From an uncultured Chthonomonadaceae bacterium (GTDB lineage Bacteria; Armatimonadota; Chthonomonadetes; Chthonomonadales; Chthonomonadaceae), in NCBI GenBank assembly GCA_963817895.1, contig CAWFQB010000006.1, positions 256,001 through 320,000 on the forward strand: a DNA stretch of 64,000 bases, read 5' to 3'. Shown here piece by piece: positions 39,896-49,938 of the stretch (the stretch's first letter is position 1; the number at the start of each line of letters is the position of its first letter). The translations under genes and the position numbers were made by a program. A model generated the notes under the pieces. The model worked only from the letters and a program-made list of their open reading frames with translations, searched no databases and was not told the DNA's origin.

Positions 39896-41284
39896 TTACT
39901 CGTGATGCAGGCGCGCGTGAGCAAGCTGCCATTGCTGCCGAACGGCATTGGGGGCGGTTCCGCCCTGTGAGCAGCGGACGGCCACGCTCGATTCAACCGT
40001 CAGCGCGGCAAGGGCATCTCCGGCGTTGGATTGCAGCAGGGGGGAGAAGCGGGCAAGGGCGGGCGCGTCCAACTGTTCCAGCGTGGTGTTATGCGATGTG
40101 CAGTAGCGCACCACTTCGCCGACAATATCGTGCGCGTCCCGAAACGGCAGACCCTGCCGTACCAGATAATCGGCCAAATCCGTTGCCGTCGAGAAATCGC
40201 CCTGCGTCGCCTGCCGCATCCGTTCGGTACGGAACTTCGCGGTTGCCAGTGTCTTCCGCATGGCGGGAATGACGAGGCGCAGCGTGTCAATGCCGTCGAA
40301 AAGCGGTTCTTTATCCTCCTGCATGTCCTTGTTGTAGGCGAGAGGCAGGCCCTTCATCAGCGTCAGCAGGGCCAGCAAATCGCCGTACACGCGCCCGGTC
40401 TTGCCCCGCGCCAGTTCTGCTACATCCGGGTTCTTCTTTTGCGGCATGATGCTGCTGCCTGTTGTCACGGCATCGTCGAGGGTGACAAAGCCGAATTCCG
40501 GGCTGTTCCATAGGATAATCTCTTCCGCCAGTCGCGACAGGTGCATCATCAGGATAGACGCGAATGCCAGAAATTCAATCGCGAAATCACGATCCGAAAC
40601 CGCGTCCAGACTGTTGGGAATGACGGACGCGAAATCCAACAGGTCGGTGGTTTGTTCGCGGTCAATGGGAAACCCGGTTCCCGCTAAAGCTCCGGCTCCG
40701 AGAGGACTGCGGTTGACGCGCCCCGCCAGATCGCTCAAGCGTTCGCGGTCCCGATCCAGCATCCAGAAATAGGCCAGCAGATGATGGGCGAGAACGATGG
40801 GCTGCGCGTGCTGCAAATGGGTATAGCCGGGCAGAACCGTGTCGAAATGCCGCTCGGACAGTTCCAACAACGTTTGCTGCAAATCGCGCAGTTCGTTTTC
40901 AATTTCGCCGCACTCGCCGCGCAGATACAAGCGCACATCCGTTGCTACCTGATCGTTGCGGCTGCGAGCCGTGTGCAGTTTGCCCGCCACGCTTCCAATC
41001 CGTTCGCGTAACAAGCCCTCCACAGCCGTATGCACGTCTTCTGCGTCGGGAGGCAATTCCACGCTTCCGCTTTCCAGCGCCTCGCGCAGAGATTTCAGTC
41101 CGATTACAATCTGTTCCGCTTCCGGTTGTTCGATAATGCCCGTTTCGCCGAGCATCTGCGCGTGGGCGATACTGCCCTGTATGTCGTGCCGCCACAATCG
41201 GGCGTCAAAAATCAGTGAATTGTTCAGACGCTCGATAAGTTCATCCGTCTTGCCCTCGAAACGCCCACCCCATAGTTTCCGCAT
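39896..41284 (-). CDS. argH: Argininosuccinate lyase
   Basis: KLWGGRF, HTARSRNDQ, PGYTHLQHAQP, GSSIMPQKKNPD and YNKDMQEDKE. Confidence 0.98.
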   Translation of the reverse strand: MRKLWGGRFEGKTDELIERLNNSLIFDARLWRHDIQGSIAHAQMLGETGIIEQPEAEQIVIGLKSLREALESGSVELPPDAEDVHTAVEGLLRERIGSVAGKLHTARSRNDQVATDVRLYLRGECGEIENELRDLQQTLLELSERHFDTVLPGYTHLQHAQPIVLAHHLLAYFWMLDRDRERLSDLAGRVNRSPLGAGALAGTGFPIDREQTTDLLDFASVIPNSLDAVSDRDFAIEFLAFASILMMHLSRLAEEIILWNSPEFGFVTLDDAVTTGSSIMPQKKNPDVAELARGKTGRVYGDLLALLTLMKGLPLAYNKDMQEDKEPLFDGIDTLRLVIPAMRKTLATAKFRTERMRQATQGDFSTATDLADYLVRQGLPFRDAHDIVGEVVRYCTSHNTTLEQLDAPALARFSPLLQSNAGDALAALTVESSVAVRCSQGGTAPNAVRQQWQLAHARLHHE

Positions 41285-41360
41285 AGCTTGTTTGCTTTCT
41301 CGTTTCCGGTGTTGCTGTGTCCGTTATGGTTCTTGTGCCGCGTTGTAGGCGCGGGCATAA

Positions 41361-41500
41361 GAGCCTATCCCATTAGGCCGGGTACAAAGAACGTACCCGT
41401 CTGAGTGGCCTTCGGCGTAGGGACATAACTTGTTATGTCCTCATACGAACTGTTATGTCCTCCTTCGGACGCAAATGCAATCGCCTGTTGGGATAGGCTC
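41361..41500. mobile_element. 140-bp MITE-like element with IS5/IS1031-like ends
   Basis: TIR GAGCCTATCCCA(TT/AC)AGGC, 16/18 matched; flanked by TAA direct repeats (41358-60, 41501-03). Confidence 0.7.
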
Positions 41501-41813
41501 TAAGCAGGGAATATACGCGCTATTATACCGTAAGACAGGCATCCGGCTGTGCAGGCGATAGAACAAAACTCTGTCCCTCCAGCGCAGCAGAAATACGGAA
41601 CATGGAGAGGGACTAATTCCGAGAGAGGGTCTGGTTCCAAATCGCGTGAATGACAAAATAGCTGTCGGAGGCATTGTTGTTTGAAATTTTTGTGAAGGTT
41701 GGAACGCGATGCCCGACAATATAGAACAGCAAATAACGCCTGTTTGCGCCTTTACCCTCTGAATTCAGCAATACCCGCGCTTTCAGTATTCTGCACAATA
41801 TCCTTTTTCAACA

Positions 41814-42668
41814 ATGGTGAGCGTTATGCCTTCGGAATCTGTACTCTATCTGCTGGAACCGGATACTGCGCGGCAGCAACGCTTGCAAAGCATCGGGCAG
41901 GCATGTCACTGCCGCGTACACGCCTCCGGTAATGCTGTCGGAGTCTTCGACCTGCTGCGCCGCGCCGGCCCGGATGTGGTCATTATAGGAAGCACACCTC
42001 CCTATGAGGACATTGCCGTCCTGTGCCGACAGATACGCGCGGATATTTATCTGCGGGCAAGCCAAATCCTGCTGTTGGGGGATGCCGCCGTACCCGCCAC
42101 GCTTTACCGTCTCGTGGATGATCTGATGCGGCCTGACGCGCCGGAAAGTGAGGTTGTGTTCCGGCTGCAAAACGGGATACGGCAGTCGCAATTACGCCAA
42201 CAGGCGATTGCCATTCAACAGGAACTGGAAAACTTTCGCGGACAGCAGGAGCAGGCGGGCGATTATATGACCGAAGCCACCACGCAGCTTGTGGAAATCG
42301 CCGCGCAATTGCAATCCGAAGTGGTTCACAGCGTGGAGCGGGAGGAGGAGAGCGTTCGCGCGGCGCAGGCGGATACGATTGCGCAGGCCGCCGCCGCGTT
42401 GCGCCACGAAATCAACAATCCTCTGTTTGCCATTGTGGGCAGCGCGGAAAGCGCGTTAAAACGACTGGAATCTATTAAGAACACGCCACAGCCGGACCTG
42501 ACGCCGATTGTCAGCGGTTGCGAACGTATACTGCGCGGCGCGGATCGAATTCAAAAAGTTGTTGAAGCGATTTCGGCAATGCTGACGCCGGCCACAACAG
42601 ACTACGTGCCGGGAGTTGCTATGCTGGACCTGACTAAAAATGCAAGCCCAGCTTCGCCTCCGTCTTGA
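41814..42668 (+). CDS. Degenerate receiver + coiled coil + HisKA-type dimerisation domain, no ATPase domain
   Basis: Receiver-like N-terminus (LYLLEPD, PDVVIIG); H-box LRHEINNPL; ends ~75 aa after the H-box His. Confidence 0.75.
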   Translation: MVSVMPSESVLYLLEPDTARQQRLQSIGQACHCRVHASGNAVGVFDLLRRAGPDVVIIGSTPPYEDIAVLCRQIRADIYLRASQILLLGDAAVPATLYRLVDDLMRPDAPESEVVFRLQNGIRQSQLRQQAIAIQQELENFRGQQEQAGDYMTEATTQLVEIAAQLQSEVVHSVEREEESVRAAQADTIAQAAAALRHEINNPLFAIVGSAESALKRLESIKNTPQPDLTPIVSGCERILRGADRIQKVVEAISAMLTPATTDYVPGVAMLDLTKNASPASPPS

Positions 42669-44389
42669 TCTCCGTTTTGGAAGCGTCGCCGCCGAGCAGG
42701 GGGCGCGTCAGTTCGCCGTTGAGCATCAGGTCGAAGGCGGAACCGAGTTTGTGCTTGAAGCCGAGCAGATAGGTTCCCGTGCCGGCATTGGCGGCATCGA
42801 ACAAGCCCCTGCCCGCGAAATCCCGTGCTGAATATATCGTATCTGGTAAAATGCAGGTCTACGCCCACTTCCGATGTGCCGGACGAGCGGGACTTGTCGA
42901 AATCCTGATCCACGCCGATCTGCCCCCGCATCGTGAGAAATCCCCAGTCCGATTCCAGATTGAGCGTGTTGCGCTGCCCGTTCAGGATGCCGCCATTGGC
43001 TTCCGGGTTGAAGATAGTTCCGCCGCCGAGTTTCAGCCGTTTGGAGGGCGCGAAGTTGATTTTCAGGCCGTAGGTGTTACGCGCGTTCGGGTCGGGAGCA
43101 TCGTCGGCAAGCTGGTTGGCGCGGAACCGGGCGTCGCCATTCACTTCCAGATACCGCTGCGGTTTGGACGCGACGGAAAACAAGCCGACGGTTCGTTCCT
43201 GTTTGGCGTCGGCGGTGACCTGAACCCCGCCGGAAAGCTGCGTTTGCGCAAGGGGCAGACGCGGCAATTGAACGTTGGTTTCCGAATTCAGGTGGGCGCC
43301 ATCTTTGTCGAAGCGGTCTTCGATATGGGAGGTCACTTTGGTTTTCGCCAGCGCGGACAGTTCCAGCGCCACGTCGCCGTTTGCCAGCAAGGTTTGCGTC
43401 GGCGCGATTTTGGAGCCATTCGCGGGAACCGAAGTGGTTTGCTGAACGCCACTGGAAACCGTCACGCCCTTTGCGGGAGTGGTTCCCAATTTCGCGCCCA
43501 ATGTCTCCTGACCTGCGGCAATGCCGCTTTCATCGGATTGGGTAAACTGCGCCCCGGCGCGGGCATACGCCACGCTTAACTCCGTTTTGCCCATTTTCGC
43601 TTGCTGCGCGAGGGATATGCCGCCCCTGTCCATCCAATCGCCGCCCTGCAAATCCATGAACAGGCGGCTGTCGAGTTGTGAGACGAGGAAAGAGGTTCGC
43701 AGAAGCGGCGTACTCCCCGTCCATTGCAGCGCGTTGATGCCGAACTGCGAACTCGCGGCAGAGGTGGCAGGCGGCGCGTTGACGTTTGCCGCCTCATCCC
43801 GCAACTGCGTTCGCAAACGCAGGCGGTTTTTCCCTTTGTTGAGCAAATCCCAGTGCATCAGATGGGTTTCGGGCGCGCTGCGAACGGCATCCGGCGTGTT
43901 TGCGGAGTAGGCGATGCGAACGGTCGTTGCGGCAGACAGGGGAAACGCGAATCGGATGATTCCCGCCGCGCTGTCCATCACATAATCAATGTCGCGCTGC
44001 AAGGCGCGTCCATCGCAGTCTACGGTTTCGGTGTTGGCCCGCGATTTTTTCCATGAGAGCGTATACGGCCCCTCCGATTTCCGTCCGAAAAGCACGTCCG
44101 TCTGGATGCCGCCAATCGCGTCGAAATGCGACAACGTACCCGTCTGGTTCAGTTCTCCGAGGGGCGTGGAGGGCAGCGGGGAAGCCACATTGAAAACGGA
44201 AAATAGTGGGCTGTTGGAAACCGCCTGCGCGTGGCCTGCCGCATCTGCCAGACACAAAACTGTTACTGGCAGCGCGAGGCGCAACAGGCGCGGCAGGATA
44301 CGCCGCGCTGAATTCAAAAAGACGCGATAAGGGTGTAAATAGGGCATGGGTGGGATGGCAACGGATTTGCCTGCCGCAATCAGAGTCAT
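42634..44389 (-). CDS. Putative outer-membrane beta-barrel protein, frameshift near 42805
   Basis: Signal-like N-terminus and amphipathic strands; the corrected frame ends ...TEAKLGLHF* at 42634 (C-terminal Phe). Confidence 0.6.
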
Positions 44390-44613
44390 GACGGCGTGTT
44401 CTCCTGCGCGAAGCGCGAGCAGGGCGGGATATGCCACTGCTGTATCATTTGCTACTACGTTGGTTAGACAACTCTGTGACTCGCGTGTTACCAAAAATTT
44501 ATGGCAGCCGCAAATGGTATCCCAATCCTCATAATGCCTTCATAATCGTGGGAACATTCCTGACCTCCGACTCATCCTACGCCAAAGAACACGCCGGTAT
44601 TTCCTCCGACCTC

Positions 44614-44800
44614 TCACGAAGCGGACAACACGCGCCGATAATCCAGACACGTTACGCGCAGGCAGTCCATTCTTCCTGCGAAAAACGAAATTATCGGCGG
44701 TCAGCGGTTGCAGGGGCGTAGGCGCGACACGAGCGGGCTTCGTGAATTGCCGCGTTTTGCGCAGGGCGGATGAAGAAGTATTCGCGCATTGCGGACTGCC
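44614..44800 (+). ncRNA. Candidate structured RNA (family unassigned, strand uncertain)
   Basis: Nested perfect helices 44614-22/44737-45, 44633-42/44690-99 and 44657-62/44675-80, plus 44661-68/44793-800. Confidence 0.4.
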
Positions 44801-44842
44801 ATTCAAACTTAATCTACTATCCACCATTTTGGGGTTAAACTA

Positions 44843-45046
44843 ATGAAAAATGAAGATACCAAATTGCGCATTGTCCGCCTGCTGGAGCCGTCTTTGTGTC
44901 TCTCCTGCCGCCATGCCGCCATTGCAACTGTAGAAATGGCGAACGGCAACAGCCGCCGGATGCTGCATTGCAAGCGCCTCGACTGCGACAACTGGCAGAC
45001 CGAAGAGTCCGAGGAGACGCCGAGCCACATTTACGACGGCAGTTAG
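44843..45046 (+). CDS. Small Cys-rich (CxxC...CxxxxC) putative zinc-binding protein
   Basis: LCLSCRHA...HCKRLDCDNW; 67 aa. Confidence 0.7.
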   Translation: MKNEDTKLRIVRLLEPSLCLSCRHAAIATVEMANGNSRRMLHCKRLDCDNWQTEESEETPSHIYDGS

Positions 45047-45169
45047 TTGGCAAGGGTGTTCGGTGTTGGGTATTCGGTGTTCGGCGGATTCGTATTTGTA
45101 TTGGGGGCGGCGCGTACATTCTCAATCAACAGAATATTTCTAAAATCTTGCGCGTTATTTGTAAAGATG

Positions 45170-45209
45170 AACGCGGGCAGCCTGAATGTGGGCTGCCCGC
45201 GTTTGCTTT
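45170..45209 (+). terminator. Intrinsic terminator
   Basis: AACGCGGGCAGCC-loop-GGCTGCCCGCGTT followed by TGCTTT. Confidence 0.7.
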
Positions 45210-45314
45210 GGGTGTTGTTCGCGTGTTGAAAGTGGGAAGGGAAAAGCGTTGCAGATGTCGAATAGCAGGGCAGTCAACGAAATCAAGTCTAATTCTTAGC
45301 GAGTGAGGTTTGCA

Positions 45315-46130
45315 ATGCGCGTTCAACTCTGGTGCGATATGGAGGGCGTGGCCGGCATTTCCGTATGGGAGCAGGTCAACGGGGGTGGAGTGTTGTACGA
45401 GGAGGGGCGACGCCTGTACACACAGGAGATCAATGCGGCGGTGCGCGGCTGCAAGCGGGCGGGCGCGACAGAAATTATCGTCGTAGATGGACATGGCGCG
45501 GGCGGGGCGTGGAGTTTCAAAAGCCTCATCCCCGAACTGCTCGAATCGGGCGCGGAGTACGTGCTTGGCTATGCGTGGGCGCGTTACATCGAACCTTTGA
45601 AATCGGGATGTGACGCCGCGCTGTTTGTCGGGGCGCACGCGATGGCGGGAACGCCGGACGGCATTTTGTGCCACACGGTTTCCTCACAGGCATGGTACAA
45701 CGCCTATATCAACGAAACACTGGTTGGCGAATCGGGCATTATAGCGGCGATTTGCGGCGACTTTGATTGCCCGTGCGTATTTGTATCGGGAGACACGGCA
45801 ACGTGTAAAGAAGTTCAGGCGCTGCTCGGCCCGCAAGTCGTGACCGCGCCCGTGAAAGTCGGATTGACCCGCTTCAGTGCGCGCCACAAACCCGCCAATG
45901 ACGCCTGCAGCCTGATTGAAGGCCGCGTATACAGCGCTCTGACCATGCGCAACTGGCCCAAACCGCTCAAATTCACCGGCCCCGTCGAGTTCAAGGTAGA
46001 ACTCGCGTCGCCGGATCGCGCGTCGGAATGGGCAGGCAAACCCGGCGTGGAGATTGTCAACCCGCGCCTCGTCGTGTCGCGCGGCGAAACCTTCTGGCAG
46101 GCATGGGATCAATTTTGGGTCAAAGCGTAA
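45315..46130 (+). CDS. M55-family D-aminopeptidase (DppA-like)
   Basis: DMEG, VDGHG, VGAHA, LCHT and VGE motifs. Confidence 0.92.
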   Translation: MRVQLWCDMEGVAGISVWEQVNGGGVLYEEGRRLYTQEINAAVRGCKRAGATEIIVVDGHGAGGAWSFKSLIPELLESGAEYVLGYAWARYIEPLKSGCDAALFVGAHAMAGTPDGILCHTVSSQAWYNAYINETLVGESGIIAAICGDFDCPCVFVSGDTATCKEVQALLGPQVVTAPVKVGLTRFSARHKPANDACSLIEGRVYSALTMRNWPKPLKFTGPVEFKVELASPDRASEWAGKPGVEIVNPRLVVSRGETFWQAWDQFWVKA

Positions 46131-46199
46131 GCGTACTTCCATACGCGCGCAACTTCATACCGTAGAAGGGCGTCTTTTCAACCGAAAGGCAGGTCAAAA

Positions 46200-46928
46200 A
46201 TGACACAAGACAATCGCATCATCGTTGCGCTGGATGTGGATACGGCGGAAAAAGCCGTTCAGTTGGTGACGCAATTGAAAGACCATGTGGGCGTGTTCAA
46301 GGTGGGGCTGGAACTGGTCAATGCGGCGGGATTGGGCATTTTCGACGCGTTGCGGCAGGCGGGCGCGGAACGCTTCTTTTATGACGCCAAACTGCACGAC
46401 ATTCCCAACACGGTTGCGGGAGCCATGCGGGGCATCGGCAATATGGGCGTGTGGTGCGTCACGGTACATGCGAGTGGCGGCTCGGCGATGCTGAAGGCGG
46501 CGGTGGAAGCGTCGCGCGCGACGGCGGAACACAGCGGGCAGCCTGCGCCCAAAATTTTAGCGGTGACAGTGCTGACCAGTATCAGCGCAACCGTATTGAG
46601 GTGCGAACTGGAAGTCGGTACACCCCTGCAAGAACATGTAGCGCATCTGGCGCAGATGGCGTATGCGGCAGGCTGCGATGGCGTGATTGCCGCGCCGCAG
46701 GAGATTGAAACCATTCGTGACGAAGTTGACGACCCCAATTTTCTGATTGTCACTCCGGGCGTTCGCCCGGCAGGTTCGGCAGTGGGTGATCAGGCGCGCG
46801 TAATGACGCCGGGAGAAGCCATCCGGCGCGGCGCGAATTACCTTGTTATCGGGCGGCCCATCGTGGCGGCGGATGATCCTGTGGAAGCCGCGCAACGCAT
46901 CAATGCGGAGATTGCGGCGGCATTGTAA
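46200..46928 (+). CDS. pyrF: Orotidine-5'-phosphate decarboxylase
   Basis: IVALD, FKVG, DAKLHDIPNT, VTVLTS, TPGVR and VIGRPI. Confidence 0.97.
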   Translation: MTQDNRIIVALDVDTAEKAVQLVTQLKDHVGVFKVGLELVNAAGLGIFDALRQAGAERFFYDAKLHDIPNTVAGAMRGIGNMGVWCVTVHASGGSAMLKAAVEASRATAEHSGQPAPKILAVTVLTSISATVLRCELEVGTPLQEHVAHLAQMAYAAGCDGVIAAPQEIETIRDEVDDPNFLIVTPGVRPAGSAVGDQARVMTPGEAIRRGANYLVIGRPIVAADDPVEAAQRINAEIAAAL

Positions 46929-46929
46929 C

Positions 46930-47076
46930 TGTCTTGAACCATGATCAGGCATGATTTAGATGATTAACATGATTGAGGAGGCGCGTTTCTCAAACGCTTC
47001 CTCTAATCACACGGATAAGACTTCTGGTGGCGCATCATCATGGCAATCATCTAAATCATGCCTGATCATGGTTCAA
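46930..47076. repeat. Nonamer-periodic inverted-repeat element (copy B, inverted relative to copy A)
   Basis: Perfect 32-bp IR TTGAACCATGATCAGGCATGATTTAGATGATT. Confidence 0.9.
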
Positions 47077-47097
47077 ACAATCCTGAAACTTAAAACT

Positions 47098-49938
47098 ATG
47101 GTCAAATCTTATCTACGTTTGTTGATCGGCTGCCTTGCTGCTGTTGGCGTGTTGGGAATTGCCCGCGCGCAGGCGAAGAAGGAAGAGGTCAAGGCGGTTC
47201 CCGGCCCCGGCTCTACGTATTCGCTGAACCCGGTGACGCCGGTTCCCGGCGCGGTTCCGCTGCCTTATGGCTTGCAGCTAATGGCGCGTTTCGATCTGCT
47301 GCCTGTGTTACGCGATACCCGTTGCTTTCAGGATTCGAGTTATGATCCGGGTGGAGGCAATGGCGATGCCGACCATTACTTTAAGAAGGAAGGCAACAAA
47401 GCGATACTGGCCGACATCAAAGGGCCGGGGTGCATTTATCGCTTCTGGTCCGCCAATGCCGCCGGACATTTGAAAATTTTCTTCGATGGCGAGGACACGC
47501 CGCGTATTGACTGCCCGATGCAGGATTTGTTTACGGGCAAAGTGGCTCCGTTTGTGGAACCCGTTGTCGGGCATCGAAGCGGCGGGTGGTACTGCTTCTT
47601 CCCCATGCCGTTCCAGAAAGCCTGCCGCGTGGAAGTAACCGATCCGGGCGGATTGTACTACCATGTCCAGTATCAGCGGTTTCCCGACAATCAAACCGTT
47701 CGCACATTTACCCGCGAACTCACGAATGAAGACAAAGACGCCCTGCAAGTGGTGCTGGCGCAGTGGCGGAATTTAGGCGGGAACCCGTACACGGCGCAAC
47801 TGACCAATTATCGGGACGTGAAGGCCAGAACGCAATCCGTGTCGGGAATTACGCGGGTGGAAGCGGGACAAACGAAAGTTCTCACGACCCTGAACGGCGC
47901 GGGCGAAGTGACCGGCCTGCATCTCGCGGTTGTGCCTGCGGATCGGCAAAGCCTGCGGCAAACGCTGCTGCGCGTGTATTGGGACGGAGCGACAAAACCC
48001 GCCATTGAATCGCCTGTCGGAGATTTTTTCGGCGTGGGATTTGGCGATCACCGCATCAATTCCCTGCCTACCGCGATGCGCGATTCGGGCTATTCCTGTT
48101 ACTGGCCCATGCCGTTTGCGCGATCCGCGCGGTTTGAACTGGTCAACACGGGCAAAACGGCTTTAAGTCTGGTCTCTTACCGCATTGAATCGGAAAAATT
48201 AAGCAAATTGCCGGAAGGGTTGGGCTATTTCCATGCGCAGTGGCATCGGCAGACAACCGTTGCGGGCGAGTATTTCCATATTCTGGAAGTAAAAGGGCGT
48301 GGGCATTACGTCGGGGAGCATACCGACATGCAGGGGGACAGGGGCATCGGGTATCTGGAGGGCGACGAAAAGGTGTACGTGGATGGCGAAACCTTCCCCT
48401 CTATCTATGGAACTGGCACGGAAGACTTTTATACGGGCGGCTGGTACTTCGATCAGGGCGTGTTCAATGTGGCGTATCATGGCGCGACCATCAAGGAAGA
48501 CAATATTTCCCGCGTATCCGCGTACCGATTCCAGATTCAGGACTGCGTACCCTTCCGGCATGATTTCAAAATAGATATTGAACACGGCGGCATGAACGAT
48601 TATCCGGGGGCCGTATACAGTTGCGTGGCGTACTGGTATCAGGAGGAGACCACGCACGATTGGTCGCCCGTAGACATAAAGCAGTTGACGCCCACTTCTC
48701 TTATGGCCGAAAACGCGCAGGAGGCCGAGAACCTGACGTGGACGGGCGGCAGTACGCGCGTCATTTCGGACGACGCGCTTACGGTGGAAGCGAGTGGCGG
48801 CAAAGTGGCGGTTGTCAGTGGCGATCATCCCACAGCCGTATTCAGCGCGAAAAAAGATGACAACTATACTGTTCGGCTTTCCACCCTGAACCTGCCGGAT
48901 GCCGCCCGAACCGTCAATATGAGCGTGGACGGCAGCCCCGCCAAAACGCTTACGCTCCCCGTTGCGGCAATGGGCGCGGGTGGCGGACGCGCGGAAGTTT
49001 CTACGTTTGTGCGCTTGAAACCGGGAACGCACCAGTTGGTATTGGACATGCCGAACGGCGGGCGAACGTATGTTGATTATCTGCGTCTTGACCCTAGCCA
49101 CAAGGAGAACGGCGTTGTGGAGGGCGAGTCGCTGCTGGAAAAACTGACGGGGCATGACAAAGTAAGCGTCAGTTTGATAGACGCGCGTTCGGAATACAGC
49201 GGCGGAAGCGCGATGCGCTGGCTGCCCGCAAACGAGAAAGAGTTCCTCGCCCTGCCCGTTCAGGTGACGCAGGAAGCGGATTATACCGTCGAATTGGCGG
49301 TAGACGCAACGGATTCTACGCCAACATGGGTTTTGCAGGGCGACGATAAACAGGCGCAAACGGCAACCCTTCTCCCCAACGCGAAAGGTGTGGAGAAGTT
49401 GCGTTTTTCAGCCCCGATGCACTTGAAACCGGGGCAGCATAATCTGGTGCTGACGGGTATGGGCGCGAAGCCAACCCTGACGCTGGATTATCTGCGCCTT
49501 GTCCGCCAAAAATACCGCAACGCTGTGGACGCCGAAAGTCTGAAAGTGGTGGAGTCCAAAGACGGCAACACGGACACGCAGGATATGAAAGGTTTCGGCC
49601 CGAATTGGAGCGGTGACACGCAACTCTGGTTTCACGGCCAGAAACCGGGTTCGCAGGTGACGCTGGAATTGCCCGTCACTTCTGATGGCAAAGTGAACTT
49701 CGTCGTTTACCTGACGACGGCCAAAGATTACGGCATCGTGCAGACGTTGGTAGACGGCAAAGAAATCGGCAGCCCGGTTGACTGCTACTCAACAGAAGTA
49801 AAAGCCAAAGGCCGTCTGGAACTGGGAATGTTGGATTTGACGGCGGGTACGCACAAAGTCACTTTCCGCGTCACAGGCAAAAACGCGGCAGGTTCCGGCT
49901 ATCTGGTCGGTATAGACGCGATTGGCTTGGAGAAGTGA
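47098..49938 (+). CDS. DUF2961/GH172-like secreted glycosidase with C-terminal CBM-like beta-sandwich repeats
   Basis: SSYD..GGNGD, GPGCIYRFW, YWPMPF, LEGDE, GTGTEDF and HGG. Three EAE/EGE/DAE...DYLRL-type repeats. Confidence 0.85.
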   Translation: MVKSYLRLLIGCLAAVGVLGIARAQAKKEEVKAVPGPGSTYSLNPVTPVPGAVPLPYGLQLMARFDLLPVLRDTRCFQDSSYDPGGGNGDADHYFKKEGNKAILADIKGPGCIYRFWSANAAGHLKIFFDGEDTPRIDCPMQDLFTGKVAPFVEPVVGHRSGGWYCFFPMPFQKACRVEVTDPGGLYYHVQYQRFPDNQTVRTFTRELTNEDKDALQVVLAQWRNLGGNPYTAQLTNYRDVKARTQSVSGITRVEAGQTKVLTTLNGAGEVTGLHLAVVPADRQSLRQTLLRVYWDGATKPAIESPVGDFFGVGFGDHRINSLPTAMRDSGYSCYWPMPFARSARFELVNTGKTALSLVSYRIESEKLSKLPEGLGYFHAQWHRQTTVAGEYFHILEVKGRGHYVGEHTDMQGDRGIGYLEGDEKVYVDGETFPSIYGTGTEDFYTGGWYFDQGVFNVAYHGATIKEDNISRVSAYRFQIQDCVPFRHDFKIDIEHGGMNDYPGAVYSCVAYWYQEETTHDWSPVDIKQLTPTSLMAENAQEAENLTWTGGSTRVISDDALTVEASGGKVAVVSGDHPTAVFSAKKDDNYTVRLSTLNLPDAARTVNMSVDGSPAKTLTLPVAAMGAGGGRAEVSTFVRLKPGTHQLVLDMPNGGRTYVDYLRLDPSHKENGVVEGESLLEKLTGHDKVSVSLIDARSEYSGGSAMRWLPANEKEFLALPVQVTQEADYTVELAVDATDSTPTWVLQGDDKQAQTATLLPNAKGVEKLRFSAPMHLKPGQHNLVLTGMGAKPTLTLDYLRLVRQKYRNAVDAESLKVVESKDGNTDTQDMKGFGPNWSGDTQLWFHGQKPGSQVTLELPVTSDGKVNFVVYLTTAKDYGIVQTLVDGKEIGSPVDCYSTEVKAKGRLELGMLDLTAGTHKVTFRVTGKNAAGSGYLVGIDAIGLEK

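Noticed and set aside
41500..41813. ARG box or sigma54 promoter between argH and the signalling gene
   Set aside because: No convincing ArgR palindrome, and the GG...GC spacing of TGGAACGCGATGC does not fit -24/-12.
44540..44827. 95-aa ORFs over the structured region (44431-44721 +, 44540-44827 -)
   Set aside because: No RBS or protein-like motif. The nested complementarity is better explained at the RNA level.
46960..47097. N-terminal extension of the DUF2961 gene, and similar extensions at 6058, 22605, 23669 and 49964
   Set aside because: These run through repeat elements. Better starts with a signal peptide or RBS lie downstream.
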